Assembly: GCA_029855935.1 (NCBI GenBank)
Contig: JAGSHN010000020.1
Coordinates: 64,001-128,000 of the forward strand
From: Candidatus Thorarchaeota archaeon
GTDB lineage: Archaea; Asgardarchaeota; Thorarchaeia; Thorarchaeales; Thorarchaeaceae
DNA length: 64,000 nt
Direction of reading: 5' to 3'
Shown here: positions 19,654 through 29,501 of the stretch, piece by piece
Numbering within the stretch: the stretch's first letter is position 1
How the letters are laid out: each line of letters starts with the position of its first letter
The notes under the pieces: generated by a model
What the model saw: the letters and a program-made list of their open reading frames with translations, nothing else
The model's database searches: none
What the model was told of the DNA's origin: nothing
Translations under genes and position numbers: made by a program

Positions 19654-20559
19654 ATGAGTGAGGATCTTGAGAGTCTTGCACGAGAATACAAGGTTGTCGT
19701 GCGTGATCTGATGAAGGTCTATAGAAGGGGCACACAGGAGGTCATCGCCCTCCGAGGAGTCGACTTCGAGGTCGAGCGCGGAGAGCTGCTCTCCATAGTC
19801 GGTCCATCAGGATCGGGAAAGACGACGCTCCTGAGGATGATAGGAGCGCTCGACAGACCGACAGCGGGAGTGGTCATCTTCGAGGGCGCGAACATCACGC
19901 AACTCAGCGAAGAACAGAGTATGGACTACCGAAGGCGGAGGGTCGGCTTCGTCTGGCAGACAGGAAACCTCGTCCCGGGCCTCACCGCCCTGGAGAATGT
20001 GATGCTGCCAATGCGCCTAGCTGGAAAGAAGAGAGGCGAGGCCAAGAGACGGGCGAGAGACCTTCTCACTGATTTCGGTCTCGAGGCCAGACTACGCCAC
20101 AGACCGCATCAGATGAGCGGAGGCGAGAATCAACGTGTCGCAATCTGTGTTGCACTGGCAAACAGTCCCGACCTACTACTTGCCGACGAGATCACTGGCG
20201 AGCTCGACACCGAGACAGCAGATATGGTGATGGAGACCCTCAAGCGTGCCAACAAAGAGTATGGCCTGACCATCATCAACGTGACGCACAACCCGCGCGT
20301 GGCAAGGTACGCGAGCAGGGTGCTTCGCATAAGGGACGGCCTGATCGAGGGTCAGAGACACGTTCTCTACGGCGACATCTCTGAGATAGACGCAAAGGGT
20401 AGAATCGTCATTCCGGAGGCCGTGAGGCGTCTCGCAGGTCTTCAAAAGAGGGTCGTGCTCCAAGTGACGAGTGAGGGACTGCTAGTGAAGCCCCTCCGTG
20501 TTGCCGAGGCCGAGCGCGTCAGCGAAGACCAGCCCGGAGAGGAAACAGAGAACAACTGA
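19654..20559 (+). CDS. ABC ATP-binding subunit with C-terminal AbrB/MraZ-like domain
   Basis: GPSGSGKT, MSGGENQRV, ADEITGELD; tail SEIDAKGRIVIPEAVRRLAGL...EGLLVKP. Confidence 0.92.
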   Translation: MSEDLESLAREYKVVVRDLMKVYRRGTQEVIALRGVDFEVERGELLSIVGPSGSGKTTLLRMIGALDRPTAGVVIFEGANITQLSEEQSMDYRRRRVGFVWQTGNLVPGLTALENVMLPMRLAGKKRGEAKRRARDLLTDFGLEARLRHRPHQMSGGENQRVAICVALANSPDLLLADEITGELDTETADMVMETLKRANKEYGLTIINVTHNPRVARYASRVLRIRDGLIEGQRHVLYGDISEIDAKGRIVIPEAVRRLAGLQKRVVLQVTSEGLLVKPLRVAEAERVSEDQPGEETENN

Positions 20560-20644
20560 GCGCTGGGCTCTCCTCAGCAATCTCCCGGTCGACATAGAAT
20601 CGAAAGTTCTATAGTGGGCCGTCCAGAGGTCTTTCGAGAGAACT

Positions 20645-20905
20645 ATGAGCAAGGTATCTTTGCCCTGGTCATTCTACGCCGTACTGATATCCTTCGGGGT
20701 CTTTTTCTTTAGTCTCAATGTCTACATTCTGACGAAACTCCTGTCACACCCGTGGACAAGTGACCTATGGATAGTCGGCATTGTGGGTGGATTTGTGGCG
20801 CTCATCTTCTCGGTGAGGATGGTACGAGTCCATCAGAGAAGGCTCATCGAGATGAAACGCCTCAGAGACGCTGAGATACAGCGTGCGCGGGAGAGAGAGG
20901 ACTGA
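20645..20905 (+). CDS. Small 2-TM membrane protein
   Basis: Two hydrophobic helices and a charged C-terminal tail; own intergenic region with a TTCTATA element upstream. Confidence 0.7.
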   Translation: MSKVSLPWSFYAVLISFGVFFFSLNVYILTKLLSHPWTSDLWIVGIVGGFVALIFSVRMVRVHQRRLIEMKRLRDAEIQRARERED

Positions 20906-20981
20906 GCGCCGTAGTGTCTTTTCTGAACGTTCAACCTGATCGATGGAAAGAGAAGGAGGGCCACCCACCTCCTCCAGCCCA

Positions 20982-22871
20982 CTATCTTGTCTTCAGGTAG
21001 TAGCGAACGCCGACGACTACGAACGCCGCGATAATCACGCCAGTCAGTACTACCCCAAACATCAAGACCGTCGGTGGACCCACAACGACGTGGACGGCCG
21101 ACGTAGCGCTGTTGCCACCTATGTCGTAGACCGTGAGCACCACCCAGTGTTCGCCCTCCGCAAGACCGGAGAAGTCGAACCAGATGTTCTCATCCGTCCA
21201 GTCCTGCTGAACGACAACGAAGCCGTCCACCTCTATGGTATAGTTGGCCTTGAACTCGTCGCGAGCTGTCCAGTTGTAGAGGACGTTCTCGTCACCACGA
21301 TTGTAGTAGATCTCTGACGGAGAGAAGACTATGACGGGTGGAACGTCATCCGTCTTGACTGTCACAGTGACGGAATCAGAGGCGGTGTTGCCGCTCGTGT
21401 CATTGACGGTCAGCACGTACTCGTACACGCCAGCCCTGAGGCCGCTGAGGGAGACTGTCACGACCGGATAGTCGGGATTGATGGTGCCGTTGGCAGTCTC
21501 GGTCCCGTTGCGGGTCACAACATAGACATCAGGATGCTCCTCTGTGATGTTCCACGTCAGAGTGTGGCCGCTCTCTGCGAAGTAGAAGGTCACATCGGGC
21601 GGGCCCTCTATCACTGGGGAGACGTTCTCGTAGACTCGGAGCGTGATAGTGTCCGTGGCGATATTGCCATTCTGGTCCTCAGCCTCAAAGCGGAGATCGT
21701 ACACTCCCAAGTCGTAGCCTGTGACATTGAAGACCAGCGTATATGTGCTGTTCACCCACTGCTCCGTCAGGCTGAGATCATCATCAACATAGACTCGCAG
21801 CTCCTTCGGATGCTCGTCGTACACCTGCCAAGACACGGTCACGTTGTGTGTTCCGTAGAGATAAGAGACGTCACCGGGACTCACTATCACGGGGTCACGA
21901 ACATCGGTGGACACCGTGGTGAGATTGTAGTGGTACTCGCCCTTGTCAACGGGCTGTCCTCCAAAGGTGACCGTCCAGTTGATGAAGGCGGCAGGAAGAT
22001 CCTCGAACAGGACTGTCCCGTTCAGCGGGGTGTACTTCGCATCGATGACGGTGCCGTTCTTGTATGTCACATTAACGAGTGCTCCAGCAACGGGGTCAAT
22101 CGACATCTCGTAGTAGACGAAGACCTCCAGATCGTAGTAGTCAGCATCGCCGACAAACGGGGCAATCGTCTGATGGACGTACATCGCAGTGCCATTAGAC
22201 TCGAAGGCCTGAGATGCAAGCAGTTCCCCGGCATAGGGTCCCGATACCACCGTGACGTTCCATGTGTAGTTGCCAATTGGGATGTCAGTGACATTGGCAA
22301 CCCCATCAGAACCGAGCACGAGGGTGCTGTATATGGTCCCGTTGTCAAGGTACACCGTGAAGTTGAGGCCCTGCCCTGGGTCGCCCCCGACGTCGTAGAC
22401 ATTCGCCAACAGGTCGTCGTCATCGTTCTGAAGGTCGAGATTACCCAGCTGCATGTCGACGGTCGCCTCTGGACCGTTGGAGACTATCTGGCCCTCCTTC
22501 ACAGTACCTGGAGCTCCATTCCAGGTCACATTCCACTTGTACGTCCCCTGGGGGAGGTTATAGAATACAGCGTAGCCCGTGCCGTCGGTGAGTTTCGAGT
22601 CGTACAACTCTCCAGAGGTGACGTTGTACAGTGACACGTTCGCACCCATCACTTCGTAGGTATAGTTCCAGACCCTGAACTCAAAATCATCATCATCGTA
22701 CGCGTGGAGATAGTTGAACTCGCGGACATCAACTCTGAGATCCGTGGCCGCAGGCACCGAGCGGCCCATCACGGTGACGTTCCTGACAAGGTGCACTGAG
22801 GGTGGAACCAGAGCCGTACTCAAGAATACGCCAATCAATGCCACGACAAACACGCTGCGTCTCATCATCAT
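20982..22871 (-). CDS. Cell-surface glycoprotein: signal peptide, 3 CnaB/transthyretin-like repeats, 3 Ig-like repeats, C-terminal TM anchor
   Basis: Signal RRSVFVVALIGVF; repeats 'GA.V......G......T...G...F..LP.G.Y.W.VT' x3 and 'P.I..P.D..Y....G...L.W...D.....Y...' x3; TM plus RYYLKTR tail; many N-x-S/T sequons. Confidence 0.85.
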   Translation of the reverse strand: MMMRRSVFVVALIGVFLSTALVPPSVHLVRNVTVMGRSVPAATDLRVDVREFNYLHAYDDDDFEFRVWNYTYEVMGANVSLYNVTSGELYDSKLTDGTGYAVFYNLPQGTYKWNVTWNGAPGTVKEGQIVSNGPEATVDMQLGNLDLQNDDDDLLANVYDVGGDPGQGLNFTVYLDNGTIYSTLVLGSDGVANVTDIPIGNYTWNVTVVSGPYAGELLASQAFESNGTAMYVHQTIAPFVGDADYYDLEVFVYYEMSIDPVAGALVNVTYKNGTVIDAKYTPLNGTVLFEDLPAAFINWTVTFGGQPVDKGEYHYNLTTVSTDVRDPVIVSPGDVSYLYGTHNVTVSWQVYDEHPKELRVYVDDDLSLTEQWVNSTYTLVFNVTGYDLGVYDLRFEAEDQNGNIATDTITLRVYENVSPVIEGPPDVTFYFAESGHTLTWNITEEHPDVYVVTRNGTETANGTINPDYPVVTVSLSGLRAGVYEYVLTVNDTSGNTASDSVTVTVKTDDVPPVIVFSPSEIYYNRGDENVLYNWTARDEFKANYTIEVDGFVVVQQDWTDENIWFDFSGLAEGEHWVVLTVYDIGGNSATSAVHVVVGPPTVLMFGVVLTGVIIAAFVVVGVRYYLKTR

Positions 22872-23413
22872 TCGTTGTCACTCTCTGATCGTCAGGCCTC
22901 ACCTTGGCCGGTGCTTAACGGCTCGAACCTTTGAGGCCAATAAAAGCGTTTCTCAGGGCGGAAGATTGTACAAGGGCTGTATTTGGGCCCACTCCACTCG
23001 CGGGTCGCCGCGGTAGAAAGAGGACTGCACTGCGCTCTCAAACCACACAGGCTCATACCGAACAGAAGCTTGGCAAATTCCAAAGACCAGAACAGGCCGC
23101 ATCCAAGTCGCGGTAGCGCCACACCCCGTGGCCCGGAGCAGAAGGGCTACGAACAAACCGCTGCTGCTCTACGCAGACATATGCAGAGGATGCTAGTATT
23201 GTTCCCTCGCGTGCTCGCTGTTCGACGATGGCCTCACCAGCGTTCTCCGCCCAAAGACGAGAATCGCTAACAACAAGGCGCCGCGCATAGCAAGGGTCCA
23301 CAGGGGGCTGCCTGGGAGGGAGGCCCTTGCTATCGTTTCCACGGCTCTGCCGTCGCGGCGGACGGAACAGCGACAGCACCCGAAAACTTGGTGGTACTCA
23401 AGTCACCTGCCGT

Positions 23414-24216
23414 CTATGCGAATACGGCAGACCGAGTGAAGCATACCAAGTCAGTCGCCAAGCTATCGAAGAAACCGCGGTCGACCAGGTAGACCTCGAC
23501 ATTACGGACAACAACTCCGCTTCGACTTCCAAACAATATGTCAAGCAGGATGTCGCGGTCAATCAGATTCACTGGAGGCACCGATGCGTAGCCCGGGCCT
23601 CGTGCCTCTTGGATGGCCTCTTGTGTGACGACTCCGTTCGTGAGAAGAACTCCCTGATTGGCCGCGTATTTCGGAAGTAGACCCCATATCCGAAGGATAG
23701 TGTCCTTTCCAACGGGCTCGTCCATCTCACACTTCTTGACGTAGGCGACCACCAGCGAGTGACCGCCGTCGTATAGCCACGTCGTCGTCATGACAACAAT
23801 GCAATCGTATCTCTCGCGTTCAACCGTGTCCTCGGTCGTAGCACGCAGGTTGAACAGGACTGTCTTCATCAGGAGGGTGAACTCGTCACCGAGAGTTCCG
23901 CGATAGCTCGGTTGAGCTCGTTTCGAGTGACGAGATTGAACTCGCGCACTCTCGCTCTCACCTGAGCAATGGAGTGCTCATCCATAGCGCCTTCACAGAG
24001 ATCGTTGTACCTGTACGGGCCGGGTCCCAGACGAACAAAGTAGGGCGGACGACCCTCCCGACGGGCCTGTCTCTGCTCAATGGACAACGAGACCGAGACT
24101 GATGCTGGGTCTCGCCCCAAGGCCTCGGCTATGTCCGTATGGTGGACAGGCTTGTCACGGGCGTGCAGCGCTAGCCATTTCCTGATTGTGAGGCGTTCGG
24201 ATTTCTCGGTCGTCAA
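23414..24216 (-). pseudogene. HARE-HTH + Mrr-like restriction-endonuclease-fold protein, frameshifted
   Basis: N-part ...FVRLGPGPYRY (HARE-HTH-like); C-part YVKK...VG...GVLLTNG...A..EA...PVNLID...L...GV...D..FF (Mrr C-terminus). The frames join near 23885 (LSV|DEFTLLMKT) if one base is added. Confidence 0.7.
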
Positions 24217-24763
24217 TTCGGGTAGCTCCTCTGAGACGATGATATCCCCGACGGGGTACGTGCTGTCGCCCTAAGGCTGGCAGATCTAACAAACTGTTTC
24301 TAGAATGGATGTGAAAATGTGCGACTTTTAGCATTTGCATGCCTAGTACGCGCGTAGCGACCACGCGAGGACAAGAATATCTTCTGGGTCGAGTGCCTTT
24401 CTCAGGAGCCAAACACATCGGCAGACAGGACGCGCGCTCTAGAGCGGCCAAGCCCCAGGCAGAGACCAAAGACCTAGAGGCAACTCTGCGCCCAGACTCC
24501 TGTCAACTAGGGTATCTGAACTCGGCAACGGCATATGGAGAGAGTACCGTTGCAGCCAATCAAATCCTGCGGTTGCTGGCTAGCCCCATCCTCAGACTGA
24601 GCCTCTTCGAAACGCACAGTAAGCCTTCCAAGCCGATGAACGTGCCAGCCAAGTGCAGTCCGTACCCACCCATCCAAGCACTCCGTTTCAAGAATAGAAC
24701 CCTTCTCTTAATCCTCTCTAGACCATAGAAACAATCGACTCAAAGTATCAAGAAACAGTCCAC

Positions 24764-24771
24764 TTTATATA
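24764..24771 (+). promoter_or_regulatory. Putative TATA box (TTTATATA) for the aminotransferase
   Basis: Canonical archaeal TATA sequence just upstream of the CDS. Confidence 0.5.
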
Positions 24772-24780
24772 ACTCCCGGA

Positions 24781-25965
24781 GTGCCAATGGATTGGTGCCG
24801 GAACTTGTTGGCAACGAGGAACATGGATATCCCGGTCAGTCAAATACGGCTGATCTTCAACAAGACAATTGGCAGAAGGGACATCATCAACCTCACGGCG
24901 GGAATACCGGACTTTGACACACCGGACCACATCAAGAGAGCGGCGAAACGGGCAATAGAAGAGGGCTTCACACGCTACACGCACAATGCAGGCTACATCG
25001 AGACGCGAGAGGCAGTGGCGGAAAAACTGAGGCGCGACAACGGCATCGGTGCCAATCCCGAAACCGAGATAATGATGGTCGCTGGTGGGATGGGCGGCCT
25101 TCTCCTCGCCAACATGGTCTTGGTCAACCCTGGCGACGAGGTGATTGTACCAGACCCGGGCTTCGTGAGCCACCCCGCCCACGCTGCCATTGCAGGTGCC
25201 AAGTCTGTCCCTGTGCGCCTCCGCAAGGAGAACAACTTTGGCCTTCTGGCCAGGGATGTGGAGGCCGCTGTGACAAGAAAGACCAAGCTACTCATTCTCA
25301 ACAGCCCAAACAACCCGACTGGCGGGATCACATCGGACAGGGAGACACGGAAGATTGTCGATCTTGCCCTTCAGCACGACTTTTACATAGTCTCCGATGA
25401 GGCGTACGAACAGTTCTACTATACCGACCACAAGCCGCTCCTTCCGGGTAGCATCGAGGAGGCGCGGGACCACGTCGTCTCAATCTTCTCGTTGTCCAAG
25501 ACCTATGCAATGACCGGGTGGCGTATCGGAGCGGTTGTCGGACCTGCCGACATCATCCGTGCGATGGTCAAGCTCCAAGAACACTTCATAGCAATGCCAA
25601 CCTCAATATCGCAGAAGGCAGCGGAGGCCGCTCTCACGGGTCCGCAGGACTGCGTCGAGATGATGCGACGTTCGTTCAGAGAGCGCAGGAGCCTGATAGT
25701 GGAAGGCCTTCAGAAGATAGAGGGAATGGAGGTCGCGGCACCCTCTGGTGCCTTCTATGTGTTCCCTGACGTCTCGGCCTACGGGATGAGATCATACGAC
25801 CTTGTGATGAAGATGCTCAATGAGATTGGAGTGGCCACTGTTCACGGCTCGGCTTTTGGAGCTGGTGGGGAGGGGTTCATCAGGATATGCTACGCTGTGT
25901 CCAAGCGACGAATACTGAGAGCACTCAAGCTCATGTCAGACTACCTGCCACAGCTCCTCAGATGA
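24781..25965 (+). CDS. PLP-dependent aminotransferase class I/II (aspartate aminotransferase-like)
   Basis: GIPDFDTP, NSPNNPTG, SDEAYE, SLSKTYAMTGWRIG (PLP Lys), GAFYVFP. Confidence 0.95.
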   Translation: MPMDWCRNLLATRNMDIPVSQIRLIFNKTIGRRDIINLTAGIPDFDTPDHIKRAAKRAIEEGFTRYTHNAGYIETREAVAEKLRRDNGIGANPETEIMMVAGGMGGLLLANMVLVNPGDEVIVPDPGFVSHPAHAAIAGAKSVPVRLRKENNFGLLARDVEAAVTRKTKLLILNSPNNPTGGITSDRETRKIVDLALQHDFYIVSDEAYEQFYYTDHKPLLPGSIEEARDHVVSIFSLSKTYAMTGWRIGAVVGPADIIRAMVKLQEHFIAMPTSISQKAAEAALTGPQDCVEMMRRSFRERRSLIVEGLQKIEGMEVAAPSGAFYVFPDVSAYGMRSYDLVMKMLNEIGVATVHGSAFGAGGEGFIRICYAVSKRRILRALKLMSDYLPQLLR

Positions 25966-26044
25966 CGCGGGACCCGGCTATGCGGCAGATCTGACATAGG
26001 CGCAGTCATCAGCTCTCGACAGTCTAGGATTCAGAGCGTGATGG

Positions 26045-27040
26045 ATGGGACAAGACATAGTGAGATTCGGAGAGGTCGTGCTGTGACTGTCACCGCCGAA
26101 CTTTGTGCGTATCTCACAGACATACTCCTTCGATGCCCACGCCGGCGGCGCGGACATGGGTGCTACCATCGCCTGCGCCCGCCTAGGACTGAGTGTGGCC
26201 CGTGTCACTAAAGTGGACGACAACTCGATAGGACATTTTCTGAGGAATCAGGCGCGACTGCTCGGCGTGGACACGTCTCACATTATGTGGGATTGCGATA
26301 GCAGATGCGGAGTCTACTTCTTTGAGTTTGGAGCGGCTCCAAGGACTAACCGCGTCATCTATGGCAGGAAGGACTCAGCGATCAGCAAGCTAAGGCCAGG
26401 CGAGATACTTTGGCGGGAGTTCCTCAAGGAGACAAAGGTGTTCCACACAAGCGGGATCACGCCCGCACTGAGTCCCAACTGCGCCGAGGCGACCATGGAG
26501 GCTCTCAAGACTGCCAAGGAAATGGGCTGCAAGGTCTCATGTGACGTGAACTACAGGGGCAAGCTCTGGAGTCCTGAGGAGGCAAGAGCATTCACGGAAC
26601 CAGCCTCTGAGTATATCGACATCCTGATCACGACAGAGGAAGACACCAAGGTCATCTACGGTATCGAGGGTGAGAGCTACGAGGATGTGGCGAGGTAACT
26701 AACCGACAAGTTCGGATTCGAAATCGTTGTGATCACCCTTCGCGAAACACCCTCGGTGTGGCACAACAGATGGTCCGTCTTCGCCTATAGCGACGGAGAG
26801 GTGTACCGGAGCCCTGGCTATGACACCGAGTTCGTGGACCGCCTCGGTGGGGATGACTCTTGCAGTGCGGGGTTCCTGTACGGCTATCTCAAGTATGGCG
26901 ACCTGCAGAAGGCTGTCGAGTTTGGTGCTGCCTTCTCGGCATTGAAACACTCGATACCGGGCGACCTCGCCTTCATCTACAAGTCCGAGGCAGAGAAGCT
27001 GATGAAGGGCCGCGAACGCGGGCTCCGGATAGAGTGGTGA
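26045..27040 (+). pseudogene. kdgK: 2-keto-3-deoxygluconate kinase (PfkB family) with two in-frame stops
   Basis: One continuous frame: MGQDIVRFGEVVL*LSPP (TGA 26084-26086) ... EDVAR*LTDKFG (TAA 26696-26698). SGITPALS and DVNYRGKLW are present; the PfkB motif is degraded to DRLGGDDSC. Confidence 0.85.
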
Positions 27041-27045
27041 TCACA

Positions 27046-27704
27046 ATGAGTGGCTGGAAGAAATCGGATGCTATGGACCTGATCGACAGGACCGCACTGA
27101 TACCAATCATACGCGTCGACGACCCTGAGACTGCGGTCAAGGTTGCTGAGGCCTTTGTGGAGGGAGGCGTGAACATTGTCGAGGTGACCTTCAGCGTCCC
27201 TGGTGCAATTGGGGTGGTGAAGACGCTGACTGAGCGACTGGGCGAAGACGTCCTCATTGGAACTGGCACCGTTCTCGATGATGCTACGGCGCGACAGGCA
27301 ATACTGGCAGGCGCCCAGTTCATCGTGAGCCCAGTCTACTCTCGCGGACTCATTGAGATGTGCAGAAGATATGACCGGCCGTGCTTCCCGGGCGCTATGA
27401 CACCCACCGATATCCTTGAGGCCTATACTATGGGCGCCGACGCGGTGAAGGTGTTTCCCTGCGGCAGCCTCGGGGGCGCCGCGTACATCAAGGCCGTGAG
27501 AGCACCCCTGCCTCAGAATGACCTAGTCCCCACTGGGGGCGTGAACCTCAAGACCGCTGGACCGCTGCTCAAGGCCTGTGCTTTCGCTCTTGGCGCGGGA
27601 GCGCAATCACCGATAGGAAGGCCATCTCAGAGGGTCGTTTCGAAGTCATCACTGAGAGTGTGCGAAAGTTTATGGAAGTGGCTCGAAGGTATCGCGGCAG
27701 GTAG
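27046..27704 (+). pseudogene. eda: KDPG/KHG aldolase, frameshifted near 27601
   Basis: IPIIR, EVTF, IGTGTVL, GAQFIVSP, PGAMTPT, VKVFP, VPTGGV. The natural C-terminus AITDRKAISEGRFEVITESVRKFMEVARRYRGR* is in another frame and ends at TAG 27704. Confidence 0.85.
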
Positions 27705-27705
27705 A

Positions 27706-28539
27706 CTACAGCCTCTCCGTTATCCAGTTGACGGCATCCTGCATCACAACTTCGCCCCCTTCCTCGTCGAAGGGCTCGTGATAGAGGCCCTCATATGAGC
27801 GCCACGTCTTGTCCGCCGATGCGAGATTGTCGTAGAACTTCCTTGTCACCTCCGGGACGACGATGAGGTCCTCCTCCGACTGCTGAACGAGGACGGGAAT
27901 CGCGATGGTAGGCGCTGCGGCCCTAGCTCGCGACGTTGAGGCAAAGCCCTCGGCAGCAAACCGGGCAGTGACGAAGTCGTATCTCAACGGATCCTCCTGA
28001 TTGCGTCTCACCGTTTCTGGATCTTTCGAGATGAGCGAGAGGTCCAGTCCGTTGGCGATTGGCCTCTTGACATTGATTGCCGACATCAACCTGACGAGTG
28101 CCCGAAGGACCCTGCTCACCTTCAACCTCTCACTCAGGCCCGGGTTGACGACTATCATACCGTCGAGCCTGTCCTGATGTTGTTCAGCATAGAGAACGCT
28201 TAGCAATCCGCCAAAGGAATGGCCCCATAGGAAAAGCTTCATTCCCGGATGGTGCTCTCGGATCCTGTCGACAAGTGCGTCGATGTCGTAGACGAATTCT
28301 TGGATACTCTCTACGTGACCCTTTATGCCATCGTATCTACCAAACGCACGGAGGTCCGGCACATAGACAACAAGGCCAGCCTCAGCAAAAGACCTCGGCG
28401 GAGTGATCAGCAGACCGCTGTGTGCGCCAAGCCCGTGGATGCACAGCACAACACCCCGGGGCTCGCCATCGGGGTGATACAGCTTCAGAAACATCTTCTT
28501 TCCGTCGTAGCCGACGTACTCGCTCTCTTCCTCTCTCAT
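27706..28539 (-). CDS. Alpha/beta hydrolase (monoacylglycerol lipase / lysophospholipase family)
   Basis: HGLGAHSG, GHSFGG nucleophile elbow, DLIV, YHE. Probable start ATG 28539. Confidence 0.9.
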   Translation of the reverse strand: MREEESEYVGYDGKKMFLKLYHPDGEPRGVVLCIHGLGAHSGLLITPPRSFAEAGLVVYVPDLRAFGRYDGIKGHVESIQEFVYDIDALVDRIREHHPGMKLFLWGHSFGGLLSVLYAEQHQDRLDGMIVVNPGLSERLKVSRVLRALVRLMSAINVKRPIANGLDLSLISKDPETVRRNQEDPLRYDFVTARFAAEGFASTSRARAAAPTIAIPVLVQQSEEDLIVVPEVTRKFYDNLASADKTWRSYEGLYHEPFDEEGGEVVMQDAVNWITERL

Positions 28540-28747
28540 TGGAATCGGCCTCGTGACAAGGAAGACATTGATACTTGCATTCTCGTTTCCTTGGTGGGAT
28601 AAAAAGGATTGCCAGTCACATACCGAAGCTCCTAGTGGTACCAGCAGGGAGCATGTCACAACTCAGGTTTCACCACAGCCTCTTCCCAGTAGCGGGACGA
28701 AGAGTCCCACACGGTGAACCGGCAAGTCTCTCGTGCAACGGGAGTCA

Positions 28748-28792
28748 ATATTTATAAGCGCACTTATATACGACCGAGTAGTCCTATATAAA
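28748..28792 (+). promoter_or_regulatory. Cluster of TATA-like boxes upstream of tbp
   Basis: ATATTTATAA (28748-28757), TTATATA (28764-28770), TATATAAA (28785-28792), followed by an AGGAGG RBS. Confidence 0.55.
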
Positions 28793-28809
28793 GGGGCAGG
28801 AGGAGCACT

Positions 28810-29415
28810 ATGCCTCGACCAAAACCGAAGACGAAGATAGAGAATGTGGTAGCATCAGTCATTCTGAACCAGCGGCTTGACCTCGATGAGATTGCCGCAA
28901 CAATGCCCAACGTGGAGTTTGACCCCGAACAATTCCCGGGCCTGGTGTACAGGCTCAAGAAGCCGAAGACGGCCACACTGATCTTCAACAGTGGCAAGAT
29001 GGTCTGCACGGGAGCAAAATCGGAGAAAGAGGCCCGACGCGCCGTACACAAGATAGTCAAGAACATTCGTGAGGCTGGAATTGAGATCACGGGAAAGCCG
29101 ATCATAGTGGTACAGAACATAGTGGCGAGTGCCAGCCTCGGTGCAGAGCTGAACCTCGAGCTGGCCGCGATGAAGCTGGAGAACACTCTCTATGAGCCCG
29201 AGCAGTTCCCGGGTCTTATATATAGAATGCGTGACCCGAAGGTGGTCATCCTGCTCTTCGGCTCCGGCAAGCTTGTCATCACGGGAGCCAAGTTCGAGTC
29301 GCAGATCGATGAGGCCGCCGAGAAGGTCATGGACAGGCTCATAGAGCTCGGAGTGATGCGAATCCCGGAGGGCGAGGACTGGAGTATAGAAGAAGAGGAG
29401 GAAGAGGAGGAATAG
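28810..29415 (+). CDS. tbp: TATA-box binding protein
   Basis: Two repeats of NVVAS...PEQFPGLVYR...LIFNSGKMVCTGAK; acidic poly-Glu tail. Confidence 0.98.
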   Translation: MPRPKPKTKIENVVASVILNQRLDLDEIAATMPNVEFDPEQFPGLVYRLKKPKTATLIFNSGKMVCTGAKSEKEARRAVHKIVKNIREAGIEITGKPIIVVQNIVASASLGAELNLELAAMKLENTLYEPEQFPGLIYRMRDPKVVILLFGSGKLVITGAKFESQIDEAAEKVMDRLIELGVMRIPEGEDWSIEEEEEEEE

Positions 29416-29501
29416 CACAGACTCTCCTCAAAGCTGGGAGATGGCCGGCCTACAGACCGGCCACTCTCAACCCAACGCGTCAAATCTAATCTCATTCTCC
29501 C

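Noticed and set aside
21534-22634. 366-aa plus-strand ORF, and similar long antisense ORFs such as 30781..31611, 62131..62970 and 11330..12034
   Set aside because: These are shadow ORFs opposite well-supported genes, expected at high GC.
22975-23410. RNase P RNA or tRNA (ACAGAAG-like segments; a GGTTCGAGCC on the minus strand just upstream, near 22920)
   Set aside because: I could not find a GAGGAAAGTCC-type conserved region or build a cloverleaf; the gap is kept only as a low-interest finding.
24339-24728. 129-aa ORF or transposase remnant in the lower-GC gap
   Set aside because: No recognisable motif, RBS or terminal repeats; coding status cannot be supported.
26084-26086. In-frame TGA in kdgK as selenocysteine or recoding
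   Set aside because: It sits where Arg is expected (CGA->TGA), the same gene has a TAA stop and a damaged active-site motif, and TGA is a normal stop elsewhere in the window.
26860-27798. 312-aa intact aldolase as given in the ORF track
   Set aside because: The N-terminal 62 aa overlap kdgK out of frame, and the C-terminus is post-frameshift sequence running into the convergent gene.
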